From: Nitrospirota bacterium
Lineage (GTDB): Bacteria > Nitrospirota > UBA9217
Reading direction: 5' to 3'
Assembly: GCA_963754875.1 (NCBI GenBank)
Contig: CAVWHO010000013.1
Location: forward strand, 64,001-128,000
DNA: 64,000 nt
The translations under genes were made by a program, and so were the position numbers. The notes beneath the pieces are model-generated. The model made no database searches. It was not told where the DNA came from and was given only the letters and a program-made list of their open reading frames with translations. Below are positions 38,251 through 49,343 of the stretch, one piece after another (the stretch's first letter is position 1; each line of letters opens with the position of its first letter).

Positions 38251-38903
38251 ATGAAACATATTTTAGCCGATCAAGAACGTAGCGAGTTGGACCGGCGCGT
38301 AGCTGATGCGGAGAAACGGACCGGAGCACAGATCGTGCTCGCGGTCGTCAAACGAAGCGATACGTACGCCGAACTGCCCTGGAAAGCGTTTGCCCTGGGA
38401 GCTGCTGTCGCCGGCTCGGGAACAGTTCTGCTCGATCTGCTGCGGCCGGAATGGCATTCCGGTGTTGCGGTACTGTTCGCCGTGGTGGCGACGCTCGCAA
38501 CGGGCGCTGCCTGCGCCTTGCTGTGCGTCGCTGTGCCGAGGTTTTGCCCGGTTCTTTCTCGAAGCCCACCGCGCAGAGGTGGAAGTGCGTCAGTACGCGC
38601 AGTCTCTTTTTCTCTCCCGTGAAGTGTTCGCCACCCGCGGCCGCACTGGTGTGTTGCTGCTCGTCAGCATGTTCGAGCGCCAGGTCGTCCTGCTACCCGA
38701 TACCGGACTGGCCAAACGACTCAGCCGGGAAGCAATGCATCACATTGTTGCCCGCATGACAGCGGCCCTTGCCGGGGGACAGGTCCGCCTCGCCCTGGAA
38801 AACGGGGCTTCAGGGATTGGAGGAGCACCTCGCTGCCACGGCAGCAGGAGCAGCCCGGGAGAATGAACTTCCGAACGTAATCATCGAGGAGAAAGGCGCA
38901 TGA
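38251..38903 (+). CDS. TPM-domain membrane protein (frameshifted)
   Basis: AEKRTGAQIV, TRGRTGVLLLVS and ENELPN motifs across frames. Confidence 0.8.
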
Positions 38904-39855
38904 AAACAGTCTTGCGATACGCACTTGTTGCAGCAATAATTCTTGCGGCGCTCATCGCCACTGCATCGGACGTCCCGTATCTTACCGGTCGCGTGACCGA
39001 CAACGCGGAAATTCTGTCCGCATCCATGCGCAAGTCGCTCACGGAACGGCTCAAGGCGCACGAAGACCGCACCGGCAACCAGATCGCGGTGCTCACCGTA
39101 CCCTCGCTCGAAGGGGAAAGCATCGAAGGATATGCGGAAGCGGTTTTTAAGGAATGGAAGCTCGGTCAAAAAGGCAAAGACAACGGCATCCTGTTCGTCG
39201 TGGCCCCGCAGGACCGCCGCATGCGCATAGAGGTGGGGTACGGCCTCGAAGGCGTGCTCCCCGATTCCGCGGCAGGAAGCATCATTCGCAATGTCATTAC
39301 TCCCAAGTTCAAGACCGGGGACTATAACGGCGGCATCGAGGCAGGCGTAAACGCCATCATTACTGTCCTGGAAACCGGCAAAGCGCCCGATTCCGACAGC
39401 TCCGGCGCAAATGAAACGAAAACGTCGTTTTTCTCCGGCATTGAAGCGCCCGACATGCCGCTCACCGAGAAAATCCTGTTCGGTGCATTCATCTTCGGCA
39501 TCATCGGCCTGTTCACCGTGATCGGCATCCTGACACCCGGTGTCGGATGGTTTCTCTACTTCTTCCTCATCCCTTTTTGGGCCATGTTTCCTATCATCAT
39601 TGTCGGAACCTCGGGAGCGCTCACGCTGCTCATAACCTATTTGATCGTTTATCCCGTTGCCAAGCTGCTGCTCAAGAACACACCGTGGTATCAAGAAAGC
39701 CGCGACGGATCTTCGCACCAAAGGCCATGCCTCCATCGGCGGTTTCTCCATCTCGCGGGGGTTCGGGAGGCTGGAGCTCGGGCAGTTCCGGCAGTTCGGG
39801 CTTTTCCGGAGGGGGCGGGTCGTCGGGCGGCGGCGGGGCTTCAGGGAGCTGGTAA
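38900..39855 (+). CDS. TPM-domain protein (YgcG-like) with Gly-rich tail (frameshifted)
   Basis: WKLGQKGKDNG, RIEVGYGLEG and terminal GGGGSSGGGGASGSW. Confidence 0.88.
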
Positions 39856-40063
39856 TGGCAATAGAGAAGCAAGGAAAACAATAAACTTCGGATCATGAAT
39901 GGTCATACGAAAAATATTTACTAAAAGTCCGGAGACGTGACAACACCACGGCATCAGAAATACTGCCGTGCAAAATTATTGAAACCGGCAGCAACTGATT
40001 TGTCTAGCAAAGCTTTTAGAGACGGTCGCAAAAAACGCGCTCCTCAAGCGAAGCGCTGCTAAT

Positions 40064-40099
40064 AAAAAAACCGCCGAATTTACATTCAGCGGCTTTTTT
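40064..40099. terminator. Probable bidirectional intrinsic terminator
   Basis: A-tract, CCGCCGAA/TTCAGCGG stem, T-tract; lies between convergent genes. Confidence 0.6.
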
Positions 40100-40148
40100 G
40101 TATTCTATAGAAAGACCCTTCACTTAGTTCATGATAACGAGTGAAAAT

Positions 40149-41969
40149 TTAGTCCATCTTATCCCTGTTCTTCGGCCGCTTGTTCTGGTCGAGTATTTTT
40201 TTACGAAGCCTGATGGACGTCGGTGTCACTTCCACCAGCTCGTCTTCCTTGATGAACTCAAGCGACTGTTCAAGCGACAACTGCCGATGGGGCACAAGGC
40301 GAAGCGCTTCATCAGCGCCCGACGCCCGCATGTTCGTGAGCTTTTTTTCCTTGATCACGTTTACGTCCATGTCGTTCTCGCGCGAGTTCTCGCCTACAAT
40401 CATGCCCTCGTAGACCGCGGTGCTCTCAGGGATGAAGAGCTCGCCGCGGGGCTGGATGTGGTAGAGGGCATAGGTCGTGGTCTTGCCCCCCCGGTCGGCC
40501 ACGAGGGCGCCGGTGGCCCGCTTCGCGATCGGGCCCTGCCAGGGTTCGTACCCGTCAAAGAGATGGTTCAGGAGGCCGGTCCCGCGCGTGTCGGTCAAAA
40601 ACTCAGAGCGGAAGCCGATCAGTCCGCGCGCAGGAATGCGGAATTCCAGGCGGACACGGCCGTGGCCGTTGTTTGCCATCTTGGTCATACGGCCCTTGCG
40701 GGTCCCCAGTTTTTGCGTGACCACGCCGATGAACTCCTCGGGGCAGTCGATGACCAGGTTTTCCATGGGCTCAAAGGTCTTTCCGTCCCGCTGTTTCGTG
40801 ATGGTTTCGGGCTGGGATACCGAAAGTTCATAGCCTTCCCGTCTCATCATTTCGATCAGGATCGCAAGTTGAAGTTCGCCGCGTCCCAGGACCCTGAAGC
40901 TGTCGGTCGCATCACCCGGTTCGACTTTGATCGCCACGTTGTAGAGGAGCTCTTTTTCGAGCCGTTCTTTCAAGTGGCGAGAGGTGACGAACTTGCCTTC
41001 TTTGCCTGCGAAGGGAGAGTTATTGATGGCGAAGATCATCGAGATCGTGGGCTCATCCACGGCAATGCGCGGCAGCGGCTTCGGATTTTCGGGGTCAGTG
41101 ATCGTATCGCCGATGTTCACGCCTTCGATGCCGGCCAGCGCCACAATGTCGCCTATGGTCGCGCTTGGGGTGTCCACGCGTTTCAGGCCCTCAAATGCGA
41201 AAAGCGATGTGATTTTGGTCTTCACAAGAGCGCCGCTCTGGGTGACCACGCCGATGGGCTCGCCCACCTTTGCAGTACCGGCGAATATCTTGCCGATGGC
41301 CAGGCGTCCAACATAATCGTTGTAAATGATGTTCATAACCAGGAGCTGGAGCGGCGCGACCTCGTCACCTTCAGCCGACGGGACGGTGTTCACGATCAGG
41401 TCAAAGAGCGGCTTGAGGCTTGTGGCTTCGTCTTCCATCTTTAGCTTGGCGATGCCGTCCCGGGCGTTGGTGTACACGATGGGGAAATCGAGCTGGGCGT
41501 CATTTGCATCAAGATCAATGAACAGGTCGTAGACCTCGTTCACCACTTCGCTGATGCGCGCATCGGGCCGGTCGATCTTGTTGATCACGAGGATCGGCGG
41601 CAGGCCCAGTTCAAGCGCTTTCTTGAGCACGAACCGGGTTTGCGGCAGCGGGCCTTCCGAGGCATCTACGAGAAGCAGCACGCCATCCACCATCTTAAGC
41701 GTACGCTCCACCTCACCGCCGAAGTCCGCGTGACCGGGCGTGTCTACGATATTGATTTTAACGCCGTTGTAGTGGAGAGACGTGTTCTTGGCCATGATGG
41801 TAATCCCGCGCTCGCGCTCGAGGTCGATGTTGTCCATGACCCGTTCCTGGACGCGCTCGTTGTCGCGGAAGGTGCCGCTCTGTCTGAGTAGCGTGTCCAC
41901 GAGCGTGGTTTTGCCGTGGTCGACGTGGGCAATGATGGCGATGTTGCGTAAGTCAGTTCTTTTTAACAT
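40149..41969 (-). CDS. typA: Translational GTPase TypA/BipA
   Basis: [20 protein letters not shown] and GRGELQL motifs. Confidence 0.97.
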   Translation of the reverse strand: MLKRTDLRNIAIIAHVDHGKTTLVDTLLRQSGTFRDNERVQERVMDNIDLERERGITIMAKNTSLHYNGVKINIVDTPGHADFGGEVERTLKMVDGVLLLVDASEGPLPQTRFVLKKALELGLPPILVINKIDRPDARISEVVNEVYDLFIDLDANDAQLDFPIVYTNARDGIAKLKMEDEATSLKPLFDLIVNTVPSAEGDEVAPLQLLVMNIIYNDYVGRLAIGKIFAGTAKVGEPIGVVTQSGALVKTKITSLFAFEGLKRVDTPSATIGDIVALAGIEGVNIGDTITDPENPKPLPRIAVDEPTISMIFAINNSPFAGKEGKFVTSRHLKERLEKELLYNVAIKVEPGDATDSFRVLGRGELQLAILIEMMRREGYELSVSQPETITKQRDGKTFEPMENLVIDCPEEFIGVVTQKLGTRKGRMTKMANNGHGRVRLEFRIPARGLIGFRSEFLTDTRGTGLLNHLFDGYEPWQGPIAKRATGALVADRGGKTTTYALYHIQPRGELFIPESTAVYEGMIVGENSRENDMDVNVIKEKKLTNMRASGADEALRLVPHRQLSLEQSLEFIKEDELVEVTPTSIRLRKKILDQNKRPKNRDKMD

Positions 41970-42234
41970 GAAACTCCCTTTTTACCATGAAGACACTAAG
42001 CAGGTCATGTGCATTACTCGGCTTCGCGGCGGTTTTTTTGGTTATGCAGAGCTGTGCATAATACCGTGTATAGGCATGTTTTGTCAATTGAATAATACGA
42101 GAAACCGCTAGAGACCGCCGATTTTTGACGTGATATTCCGGGATGGAGCATGTTCTATCGTTCGGCAAGCTCGCGACCCACCACGAACGGGGGCTTCTGG
42201 GATGTAACAATATTTGTGATAAAGTTGTAAAAGT

Positions 42235-42362
42235 CGTCATTCCCGCTTGCCTGCGGCCAGCGTTTACGAGTGTATGGCGGCGAGTGCAGGCTGTCGGGAA
42301 TCGTAATGCATTACAGCGTACTGCGTACTGAAGGAAACGATTCCGGACAAGCCGGAATGACG
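42235..42362. repeat. REP-like element (GTCATTCC family) with nested insertion
   Basis: CGTCATTCCCGCTTG[CCTGC...GCAGG]CTGTCGGGAATCG ... CGATTCCGGACAAGCCGGAATGACG. Confidence 0.7.
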
Positions 42363-42459
42363 TCATAAGGATTTACTTCGTCTGTATTGACCGATTGGTG
42401 ATTCCGTGAGGCGCCTCGCTATAGGCGCAGTTGGCCTGAGCGGCTGAAAAGGCGCGGCC

Positions 42460-42488
42460 TTGACAGCAGACAAGTCCGGTGATACTGT
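42460..42488 (+). promoter_or_regulatory. Sigma70 promoter upstream of the riboswitch
   Basis: TTGACA-17-TACTGT. Confidence 0.6.
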
Positions 42489-42506
42489 TGAATTAAGATA
42501 TTAATT

Positions 42507-42589
42507 GTCCCGATAAAGCCAAACCTTTCGCGAGGAGGGGGCGGAAAGCAACGGGCCTTTCAAGAAAAGACGGCCGCTGCCGAAGGGGA
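42507..42589 (+). ncRNA. GEMM-I / c-di-GMP-I riboswitch
   Basis: CGATAAAGCCAAACC-TTCGCGAGG-GGGGCGGAAAGC...GGCC...CTGCCGAA matches the GEMM-I consensus. Confidence 0.85.
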
Positions 42590-42670
42590 ATAGTATTCGG
42601 TAACTGGGCTTTTTAATTGGCAATCGTTGAACCAGCGAGGCTCACTTTCTCGTGCGAAAGGAGAAACAAA

Positions 42671-43105
42671 ATGCCGAAGACAATTCAACAGTCAGTAACG
42701 CTTGCTGCGCCTCCGGAAAAGCTATATGAAATGTACCTCAGCCCGAAGAAACATGCCGAGATTACCGGCGGCCCTGTTTCCATCAGCTCGAAGGAAGGGT
42801 CGAGGTTCCGGGCTTTCGATGGAATGCTCACGGGAAAAACCCTCATGGTCATCCCAAAGTATATGATCGTCCAGTCCTGGCGCGGCAGTCACTGGAAAAA
42901 GGAAGAGATCGACTCAATCCTGGTCCTCACGTTTTTACCCGAGGGTGAAAGCCAGGGAAGGATCGAGCTTGTCCACGCCAACGTGGCCGACAGCGATTAT
43001 GAGGGAGTTAAAGAAGGCTGGGAAAAGTATTATTGGAAACCCTGGCGAGAGTACCTTGCGAAAATCGAGAAGGAGTTTAAAAAACCCAGGGCAAAAGCTG
43101 CATAA
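42671..43105 (+). CDS. SRPBCC/AHSA1-like protein
   Basis: APPEKLYEMY, IVQSWR and GWEKYYW motifs; AAGGAG RBS. Confidence 0.88.
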   Translation: MPKTIQQSVTLAAPPEKLYEMYLSPKKHAEITGGPVSISSKEGSRFRAFDGMLTGKTLMVIPKYMIVQSWRGSHWKKEEIDSILVLTFLPEGESQGRIELVHANVADSDYEGVKEGWEKYYWKPWREYLAKIEKEFKKPRAKAA

Positions 43106-43276
43106 GACGCCTGAAGAACACATGTACCACCGGAAAGCTGCGAGGTGAAATAAAGGATTGAACGGTTCCTCCCTAGCTGAACGAGCCTTTATTCTCATCT
43201 GCGCACCTTTCCGGATATTTTTTATGCTCAGGTAATAACGACTTGAGGTGCTGAGAAAATGGTAAGAGGCAACGCC

Positions 43277-43480
43277 ATGATCGTGAAGGAATATTGCGAA
43301 AGTATGGATAAACAACTCGCTGCGTGGCGGGCAAATGTAGAGAAGCTGCTGCTGATAGCGGAAAATCTGTCGGGAAAGGACCGGCAGACCGATGAACGAC
43401 AGCGGAAGGAGCTTCAATCCCTCATAGCCGATATCGGGAAAGTATCTGACCTCTTGAAATACGAGTGTTTGCCAGCTTGA
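43277..43480 (+). CDS. Small helical hypothetical protein
   Basis: 67-aa ORF with RBS; helical hairpin ending in ECLPA. Confidence 0.6.
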   Translation: MIVKEYCESMDKQLAAWRANVEKLLLIAENLSGKDRQTDERQRKELQSLIADIGKVSDLLKYECLPA

Positions 43481-43637
43481 CGTAATGTACTTTTTTATGT
43501 TTTCCCGATTTTCCAAATTGAAACTTACCGACCTGCCGGATCATAGCAGTGCCCTTGACTTGCCTGCAGCAGCGTGATAATTATACACCATGATGTCAGG
43601 ACAAATGCCATCATCTATCATCAATAAGGGCTCTCTT

Positions 43638-44075
43638 ATGTCATTAAGCGGCATTATTGTCAGCCTTTTCCTCATCGGCTGTTCAGGAGTACGTCCGGCG
43701 AATCTCGGCGTCAAGGACGGACGCCTGGCGCCCTGTCCTCCGACGCCGAACTGCGTGTCCAGCCAGAGTACGGACAGGGATCATGAAATTGCACCGCTCT
43801 CTTATTCATCGTCCATGCCCGAAGCCATGGTTGACCTTAAAAAAATAATCCAACGGATGAAACGAACAAGAATTGTTTCGGAGACGGACAGCTATCTCTA
43901 CGTTGAGTTCACGAGCGCTCTGTGGAGGTTTGTCGATGACGTGGAGTTTTCTTTTGACGACGCTTCGAAAACCATCCAGGTGCGCTCCGCGTCCCGCTTG
44001 GGCAAGTCCGACTTTGGCGTGAACCGGAAACGGATCGAGATGATCAGGGCCGCATGGAACGCGCGCGGAAAATGA
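43638..44075 (+). CDS. DUF1499 family lipoprotein
   Basis: PCPPTPNCVSSQ, FVDDVEF and RSASRLGKSDFGVNRKR motifs. Confidence 0.92.
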   Translation: MSLSGIIVSLFLIGCSGVRPANLGVKDGRLAPCPPTPNCVSSQSTDRDHEIAPLSYSSSMPEAMVDLKKIIQRMKRTRIVSETDSYLYVEFTSALWRFVDDVEFSFDDASKTIQVRSASRLGKSDFGVNRKRIEMIRAAWNARGK

Positions 44076-44078
44076 ACT

Positions 44079-44789
44079 ATGACGGAAAGTGATCTGGTGG
44101 AAAAGAAGCCGGCGTTATCTATCATCCTGCCTGTCTTGAACGAAGCCGAAGGGATCAACAACGCGATTGCCCATCTTCGTGCTCAGGTCGACGATGATGA
44201 GTTGGAAATCATCATCGTGGACGGCGATGCGGCAGGGAGCACGATAAAAGCCGTTCTTGACGAGAAGGTACTGAAGCTGACGACCTTACGAGGCCGTGCC
44301 CGCCAGATGAACGTCGGCGCAGCTAGAGCAAAGGGCGATATCCTCCTGTTTCTGCATGCCGACACCAGGCCCCCGTCAAACGCTCTTGCGTTAATCCGTT
44401 CAGCCCTGCACGGGAATCGCGCAGTCGCCGGTGCATTTGATCTCGGTTTCGACACAAAACGCAGGATCTTTATGATCACCGAGCTGTACGTTGCCCTCCG
44501 TACCCGCCTGACAAGGGTCCCCTTCGGGGACCAGGCCATTTTTATCCAACGCTCTTATTTCGAGAAGATCGGCGGATACCGGGATATCCCGCTCATGGAA
44601 GACGTGGAGCTGATGAAACGCATTCGGAAACGCGGCGATGCCGTTGTGACCATCCCGCAAAAGGTCCGGACCTCACCGCGCCGGTACGAACGGGACGGGG
44701 TCCTGTACTGCACGTTCAGGAATGTGGCAATGCAAATCCTCTATGCCTGGGGCGTGCCGCCCGAACGGCTTATAAAGTGGTATCGTTAG
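44079..44789 (+). CDS. GT2 glycosyltransferase (TIGR04283-like)
   Basis: GRARQMNVGA, FLHADT, FGDQAIF, PLMED and TSPRR motifs. Confidence 0.9.
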   Translation: MTESDLVEKKPALSIILPVLNEAEGINNAIAHLRAQVDDDELEIIIVDGDAAGSTIKAVLDEKVLKLTTLRGRARQMNVGAARAKGDILLFLHADTRPPSNALALIRSALHGNRAVAGAFDLGFDTKRRIFMITELYVALRTRLTRVPFGDQAIFIQRSYFEKIGGYRDIPLMEDVELMKRIRKRGDAVVTIPQKVRTSPRRYERDGVLYCTFRNVAMQILYAWGVPPERLIKWYR

Positions 44790-45047
44790 AGGCGAACGAT
44801 CTCGGCGGCTGCGAATTACGGCATCCTGCGGCACGTCCTCTTTCCCTTCTAACAAGGAATGTCTCCGGCATCTCAGCGTTCCTTCCCTCAAAAAGTACTA
44901 CAGAAAATCTTGATAATATGTTATATATATTTGTCCGGCCGTAAACCACCAAGACCGATGTGTAGCGATATTTAATTGTACTCAGAATTTTACGCGCAGA
45001 GATTTGCCGGGAAACCTGAGAACTGCAAGGGATAATAACCTTTCAAG

Positions 45048-45978
45048 ATGACGGCGTCCTCACCTACGGAAAATCAGAGACCGACAGATACCGTGTTGGA
45101 TCTGATCGGCAACACACCATTGCTTCCCTTGACAAAACTGGCAGCCGGTCTGAAACCGCGCGTGCGGGTCTTTGCCAAGGTGGAGCGGCATAATCCCGGC
45201 GGGTCGGTGAAAGACCGCGCGGCCTTCAGCATGATACGGGATGCCGAAAATGCGGGGCTTCTGTCTCACGACAAGATCATCCTTGATTCCTCCTCGGGCA
45301 ACACCGGCATCGCCTATTCGATGATCGGGGCGGTCAAAGGATATAGGGTAAAGATCGTGCTCCCCGAGAACGCCAGCGTCGAGCGGAAGAAGATCATGGC
45401 CGCATTCGGCGCCGAACTCGTTTTCTCCAGCCCTTTCGAGGGCGCGGACGGCGCCATCCGTCTGGCCAAAAAAATATTGAGCGAAGACCCGGAACGCTAT
45501 TACCAGCCGGACCAGTACAACAACCCCTCCAACTGGAAGGCCCACTATCAAACAACCGGGCCTGAGATCATCGCCCAGACGCAAGGAAGGGTCACGCACT
45601 TCGTGGCCTGCGTCGGCACCGGCGGGACCGTCATGGGCACGGGGCGGGCGCTCAAGGAGCAGGACCCCTCCATCCGCGTCATTTCCGTACATCCCGACGA
45701 TGAGATGCACGGCATCGAAGGCATGAAGTATCTCGGGGAAGGCGCGATCGTACCGGGGATCTTCGACATGAGCTTTCCCGATGAGCGGCTGTTCGTGAGC
45801 ACCGAGTCCGCCTATGACCTGGCCAAAAGGATCGCCCGGGAAGAAGGCATGTTCGTGGGCCACTCAAGCGGGGCCGCACTTGCAGCAGCGTTCGCGATAG
45901 CCGAAAACCTCGAAGAAAGGGACCATTGTGGCAATGTTCCCAGATAGCGGGGACCGCTATTTGAGCAGGGAGATCTGA
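45048..45978 (+). CDS. cysM: PLP-dependent cysteine synthase (CysM-like; frameshift near the 3' end)
   Basis: NPGGSVKDR, SSGNTG and GTGGT motifs; FPDSGDRYLS in the shifted frame. Confidence 0.88.
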
Positions 45979-45981
45979 TCC

Positions 45982-46431
45982 ATGCGTTTTTTCCCACAAA
46001 GCGTCGTTGCCGTGTATAAGCAGGCTATAGCCGAATACCCGGCTGAATGCTGCGGTCTCGTGACCGGCAGGGCAGAGGTCCAGCACGTCCATCCTCTCGT
46101 GAATATCCAGGAGCGCCTGCACGCCGAAGACCCTGAAACGCACCCCCGGGACAGCAGGAACGCCTATGCAGTAGACAGGAACGAGGTGGAACGGATCATC
46201 AGCGAGTCTGCGCGTGCCGACGAGGCCGTCCTCGCCTTTTACCACTCCCACATTGATTGTGATGCGTATTTTTCCCAGATGGACAAGGAGGTCCAGACGG
46301 TCTTCGGCGAACCGGAGTTCCCGGATGCGGTGCATGTCGTTGTTTCGGTACGGGAAGGGAAAATCCACGAGATCAAAGGGTATCTTTGGGACGGCACTAA
46401 ACAGGATTTTATCGACGTAGAAGTGGTGTAA
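45982..46431 (+). CDS. JAMM/Mov34 metallopeptidase (Mec-like)
   Basis: YPAECCG and YHSHIDCDAYFSQMD JAMM motif. Confidence 0.9.
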   Translation: MRFFPQSVVAVYKQAIAEYPAECCGLVTGRAEVQHVHPLVNIQERLHAEDPETHPRDSRNAYAVDRNEVERIISESARADEAVLAFYHSHIDCDAYFSQMDKEVQTVFGEPEFPDAVHVVVSVREGKIHEIKGYLWDGTKQDFIDVEVV

Positions 46432-46510
46432 TAGGAAAAAGGCCCAAAATATCTGCATTTGTGAAATCAAGGAACTCGTTGCTCCATCAGGCACTGACAA
46501 GGACAGGAAC

Positions 46511-46972
46511 ATGGACTTATCCCGTGTTACCGCATATCTTCACGAACACATTCCTATAACGGCCCATATAGGGGCAAAGGTAGACGCCTATGACGGCAAC
46601 TCAATTTCTCTTTCCGCCCCCCTCCGTCCGAACTTAAACCACAGAAATACGGTGTTTGGCGGCAGCATGTCCGTGCTTGCCATCCTGTCCGGGTGGACCC
46701 TGCTGCATATCAAACTGCACGAAGAGAAAACCAAATGCCGGCTGGTGATCCAGAAAACATCCTGCAATTTTCTCGAACCGATCGATGACGATTTTACCTC
46801 GACCAGTTCCATGCCCGAGGGAGACGTCTGGGAAAAATTCGTCCGGACATTAAAAAAACACGGCAAGGCGCGCATCGCCGTTTCGTCCCGCATTGCAAGC
46901 TCTTCCGGCACGGGTGGAACCCACGAAGGGCTCTATGTGGCAATCATCTTAAAAGAGCACGAGTCCGCCTGA
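46511..46972 (+). CDS. YiiD C-terminal thioesterase-like protein
   Basis: APLRPNLNHRNTVFGGS motif. Confidence 0.88.
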   Translation: MDLSRVTAYLHEHIPITAHIGAKVDAYDGNSISLSAPLRPNLNHRNTVFGGSMSVLAILSGWTLLHIKLHEEKTKCRLVIQKTSCNFLEPIDDDFTSTSSMPEGDVWEKFVRTLKKHGKARIAVSSRIASSSGTGGTHEGLYVAIILKEHESA

Positions 46973-47149
46973 CGACCTCTTCTTCCGGAGGGGGGATCGC
47001 CGATGTCAGAATTCAGGACCTGCGCTATACTGAGACGACCCATTTATGGTATCCTTTATATATTCGATGTAGTCGATCGAGCTCTTTCGAAGGGTACATG
47101 ATCTCTGTACGTGGCAGCAGGGACGCATTCTCCTGTGGGTGTCTTTACC

Positions 47150-48109
47150 GTGGATGAAGTTATACCGTTTCTGATACAGCACGGCTACCCCGTGCTTTTT
47201 CTGTGGGTCCTGACCGAAACAATGGGGCTTCCGATACCTAGTGTTCCCCTCCTCATAACTATGGGTGCCTTGGCCGGTGTCGGACAGCGGAACGTGTTCC
47301 TCTGCATCGGCTTGGGGGGCTGCGCCGCATTGCTGGGCGATATCTTTTGGTACACCGTCGGCCGCCGCCGCGGAAGGAAGGTGTTGTCACTCATATGCCG
47401 TATTTCGTTCGAACCGGAGTCCTGTGTCCGCCGCACCGAAAATATCTTTGCACGGTATGGCTCCCGGTCCTTCCTTGTCACGAAATTTGTTCCCGGGCTG
47501 AATGCTATCGCTACGTCGATGGCGGGCATCATCCGCCTGCCCCTGTCGAGATTCTTTATCTTCGACATTCCGGGAACGCTTTTTTGGGTCAGCGTATATA
47601 CTCTCATCGGCTATCTTATCAGCGAAGAACTTGATCGCGCCTTGTCTTATGGCGCGGGCATTGGCAAAACATTACTCCTGCTCGTGTCCGGCGGGTTGTC
47701 CGTCTATGTCCTTGGAAAATTCTTTTCACGGCAACGCCTGTTAAAACAGCTCGCCATCGAGCACATTACCCCGGAAGAGCTGAAACAGAAAATAGATGCC
47801 GGTGAACATATCGTGATTGTCGATGTGCGCCACCCTTCGGACATTGAAGGTGACCCCTATGGCATCCCCGGCGCCATCCGCATCCCCACTGACGCGGCTG
47901 AGCATCATCCTGCTTTCTCAGAAAACGGCGAAATAGTGGCCTATTGCACCTGTCCAAATGAGGCCTCCAGCGCCCGTGCGGCGCTGAACTTACGACAGCG
48001 AGGTGTGAAGCGCGTACGGCCGTTGTCGGGCGGCTTTGACGCCTGGCGCGACCGGGGCTATCCCGTAGAACTCGTGATCAATCCAAAATCGCCGAAAGAA
48101 CCGGGTTGA
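47150..48109 (+). CDS. DedA (VTT) + rhodanese fusion
   Basis: ETMGLPIPS and KFVPG; rhodanese IVDVR, YCTCPNE and LSGGFDAW. Confidence 0.9.
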   Translation: MDEVIPFLIQHGYPVLFLWVLTETMGLPIPSVPLLITMGALAGVGQRNVFLCIGLGGCAALLGDIFWYTVGRRRGRKVLSLICRISFEPESCVRRTENIFARYGSRSFLVTKFVPGLNAIATSMAGIIRLPLSRFFIFDIPGTLFWVSVYTLIGYLISEELDRALSYGAGIGKTLLLLVSGGLSVYVLGKFFSRQRLLKQLAIEHITPEELKQKIDAGEHIVIVDVRHPSDIEGDPYGIPGAIRIPTDAAEHHPAFSENGEIVAYCTCPNEASSARAALNLRQRGVKRVRPLSGGFDAWRDRGYPVELVINPKSPKEPG

Positions 48110-48243
48110 AATCTTCCCAACAAAATGAAAAAGCGATTAGCGGCGCACAGTCAGATACCTCCTGTACGTAGGGATGTTCGCTGATGGACGAAATGCCCGC
48201 TTTAACGGGACAGGCCGTGTTCCTACTACAGAGGCAGTAACAA

Positions 48244-48516
48244 ATGCCGGATTACGGTACCCATAGCTATGGTAATATCAGCAAAACAAGAGTCGATACA
48301 ATACTCGATGCCCTGATCGCTCGTGGGTCTCTTATTACCGGTAAGAACCCGTGGCTCGTCGACACAAAAAAGCACGGCGTACTGTTAAAAGGCGAGTGGA
48401 GCGAGGCAACGCTGACCCTCGCCATAACGGTGACGGACGCTGACTGGTACGTTACGCGCAGTGCCGTCTGGGAATATATTGATTCATTGATGAGCGGGAT
48501 CCAGGATGCGGGATGA
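48244..48516 (+). CDS. Hypothetical protein
   Basis: 90-aa ORF with GAGG RBS; no family recognised. Confidence 0.6.
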   Translation: MPDYGTHSYGNISKTRVDTILDALIARGSLITGKNPWLVDTKKHGVLLKGEWSEATLTLAITVTDADWYVTRSAVWEYIDSLMSGIQDAG

Positions 48517-48609
48517 ACTAACGTCTCCTCTGCAACGGACAGTCGGGAAGAACAATCGAATGCCAATCTCACCGTTCAGAGGCGACTTCGAAGACATTAG
48601 GCAGCGGGA

Positions 48610-49338
48610 ATGACAAGAAGCTTGCTCCGTCCGATACCGAAATTGACCGTTGTTCTCCTTTTCCTGCTGATTGTTCCCATAGTCCAGGGGCAAGAAAAGA
48701 CAGTTTTCTTCCATGAAGACTTTGCTTCCCTCGACAAATGGAGGCCCTATTATTTCAGCAGGATAGCTCAGCACTCGCTCTATACCATCGAGCGCGATGG
48801 AGGTCACCATTATCTCCGGGCCGAAAGCAATGCGTCAGCCTCGGCCATCGTGTATCAAGATGCTTTCAGCGTTTACGATTATCCCAGAATCAGATGGCGT
48901 TGGAAAGTCAGTAACGTTTATCAAAAAGGCGACGTGCTTACCAAGGCCGGTGACGATTACCCTATCCGCGTATATATCCTGTTCGAGTACGACCCGGACA
49001 AGGCCGGGACTTTTGAAAAAATGAAATACGGGCTCATGAAAAAGATCTACGGAGAATATCCGCCGCACAGCAGTCTTAATTATGTCTGGGCGAACAAGGC
49101 CTATGACCGGACCATTGTTACGAGTCCCTACACCGAACGGTCGAAGATGGTCCTCTTGCAAAAGGGAAACAGGGATGTCGGTACCTGGCAGGATGAGCAG
49201 GTGAATATCGTCGAGGATTATCAGAAGGCATTCGGCAGGAAACCGCCTCCCAGGGCGAAGATCGCGATTATGAACGATTCAGACAATACCGGCGAACATT
49301 CGGTTTCTTACGTGGCATATATCGAGGTGTTTCGATAG
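48610..49338 (+). CDS. DUF3047 family protein
   Basis: WRWKV, GDDYPIRVY, LNYVWA and IMNDSDNTG motifs. Confidence 0.9.
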   Translation: MTRSLLRPIPKLTVVLLFLLIVPIVQGQEKTVFFHEDFASLDKWRPYYFSRIAQHSLYTIERDGGHHYLRAESNASASAIVYQDAFSVYDYPRIRWRWKVSNVYQKGDVLTKAGDDYPIRVYILFEYDPDKAGTFEKMKYGLMKKIYGEYPPHSSLNYVWANKAYDRTIVTSPYTERSKMVLLQKGNRDVGTWQDEQVNIVEDYQKAFGRKPPPRAKIAIMNDSDNTGEHSVSYVAYIEVFR

Positions 49339-49343
49339 CAGAT

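Noticed and set aside
47930..47960. Sec in the DedA-rhodanese active site
   Set aside because: The sequence encodes YCTCPNE with ordinary Cys codons
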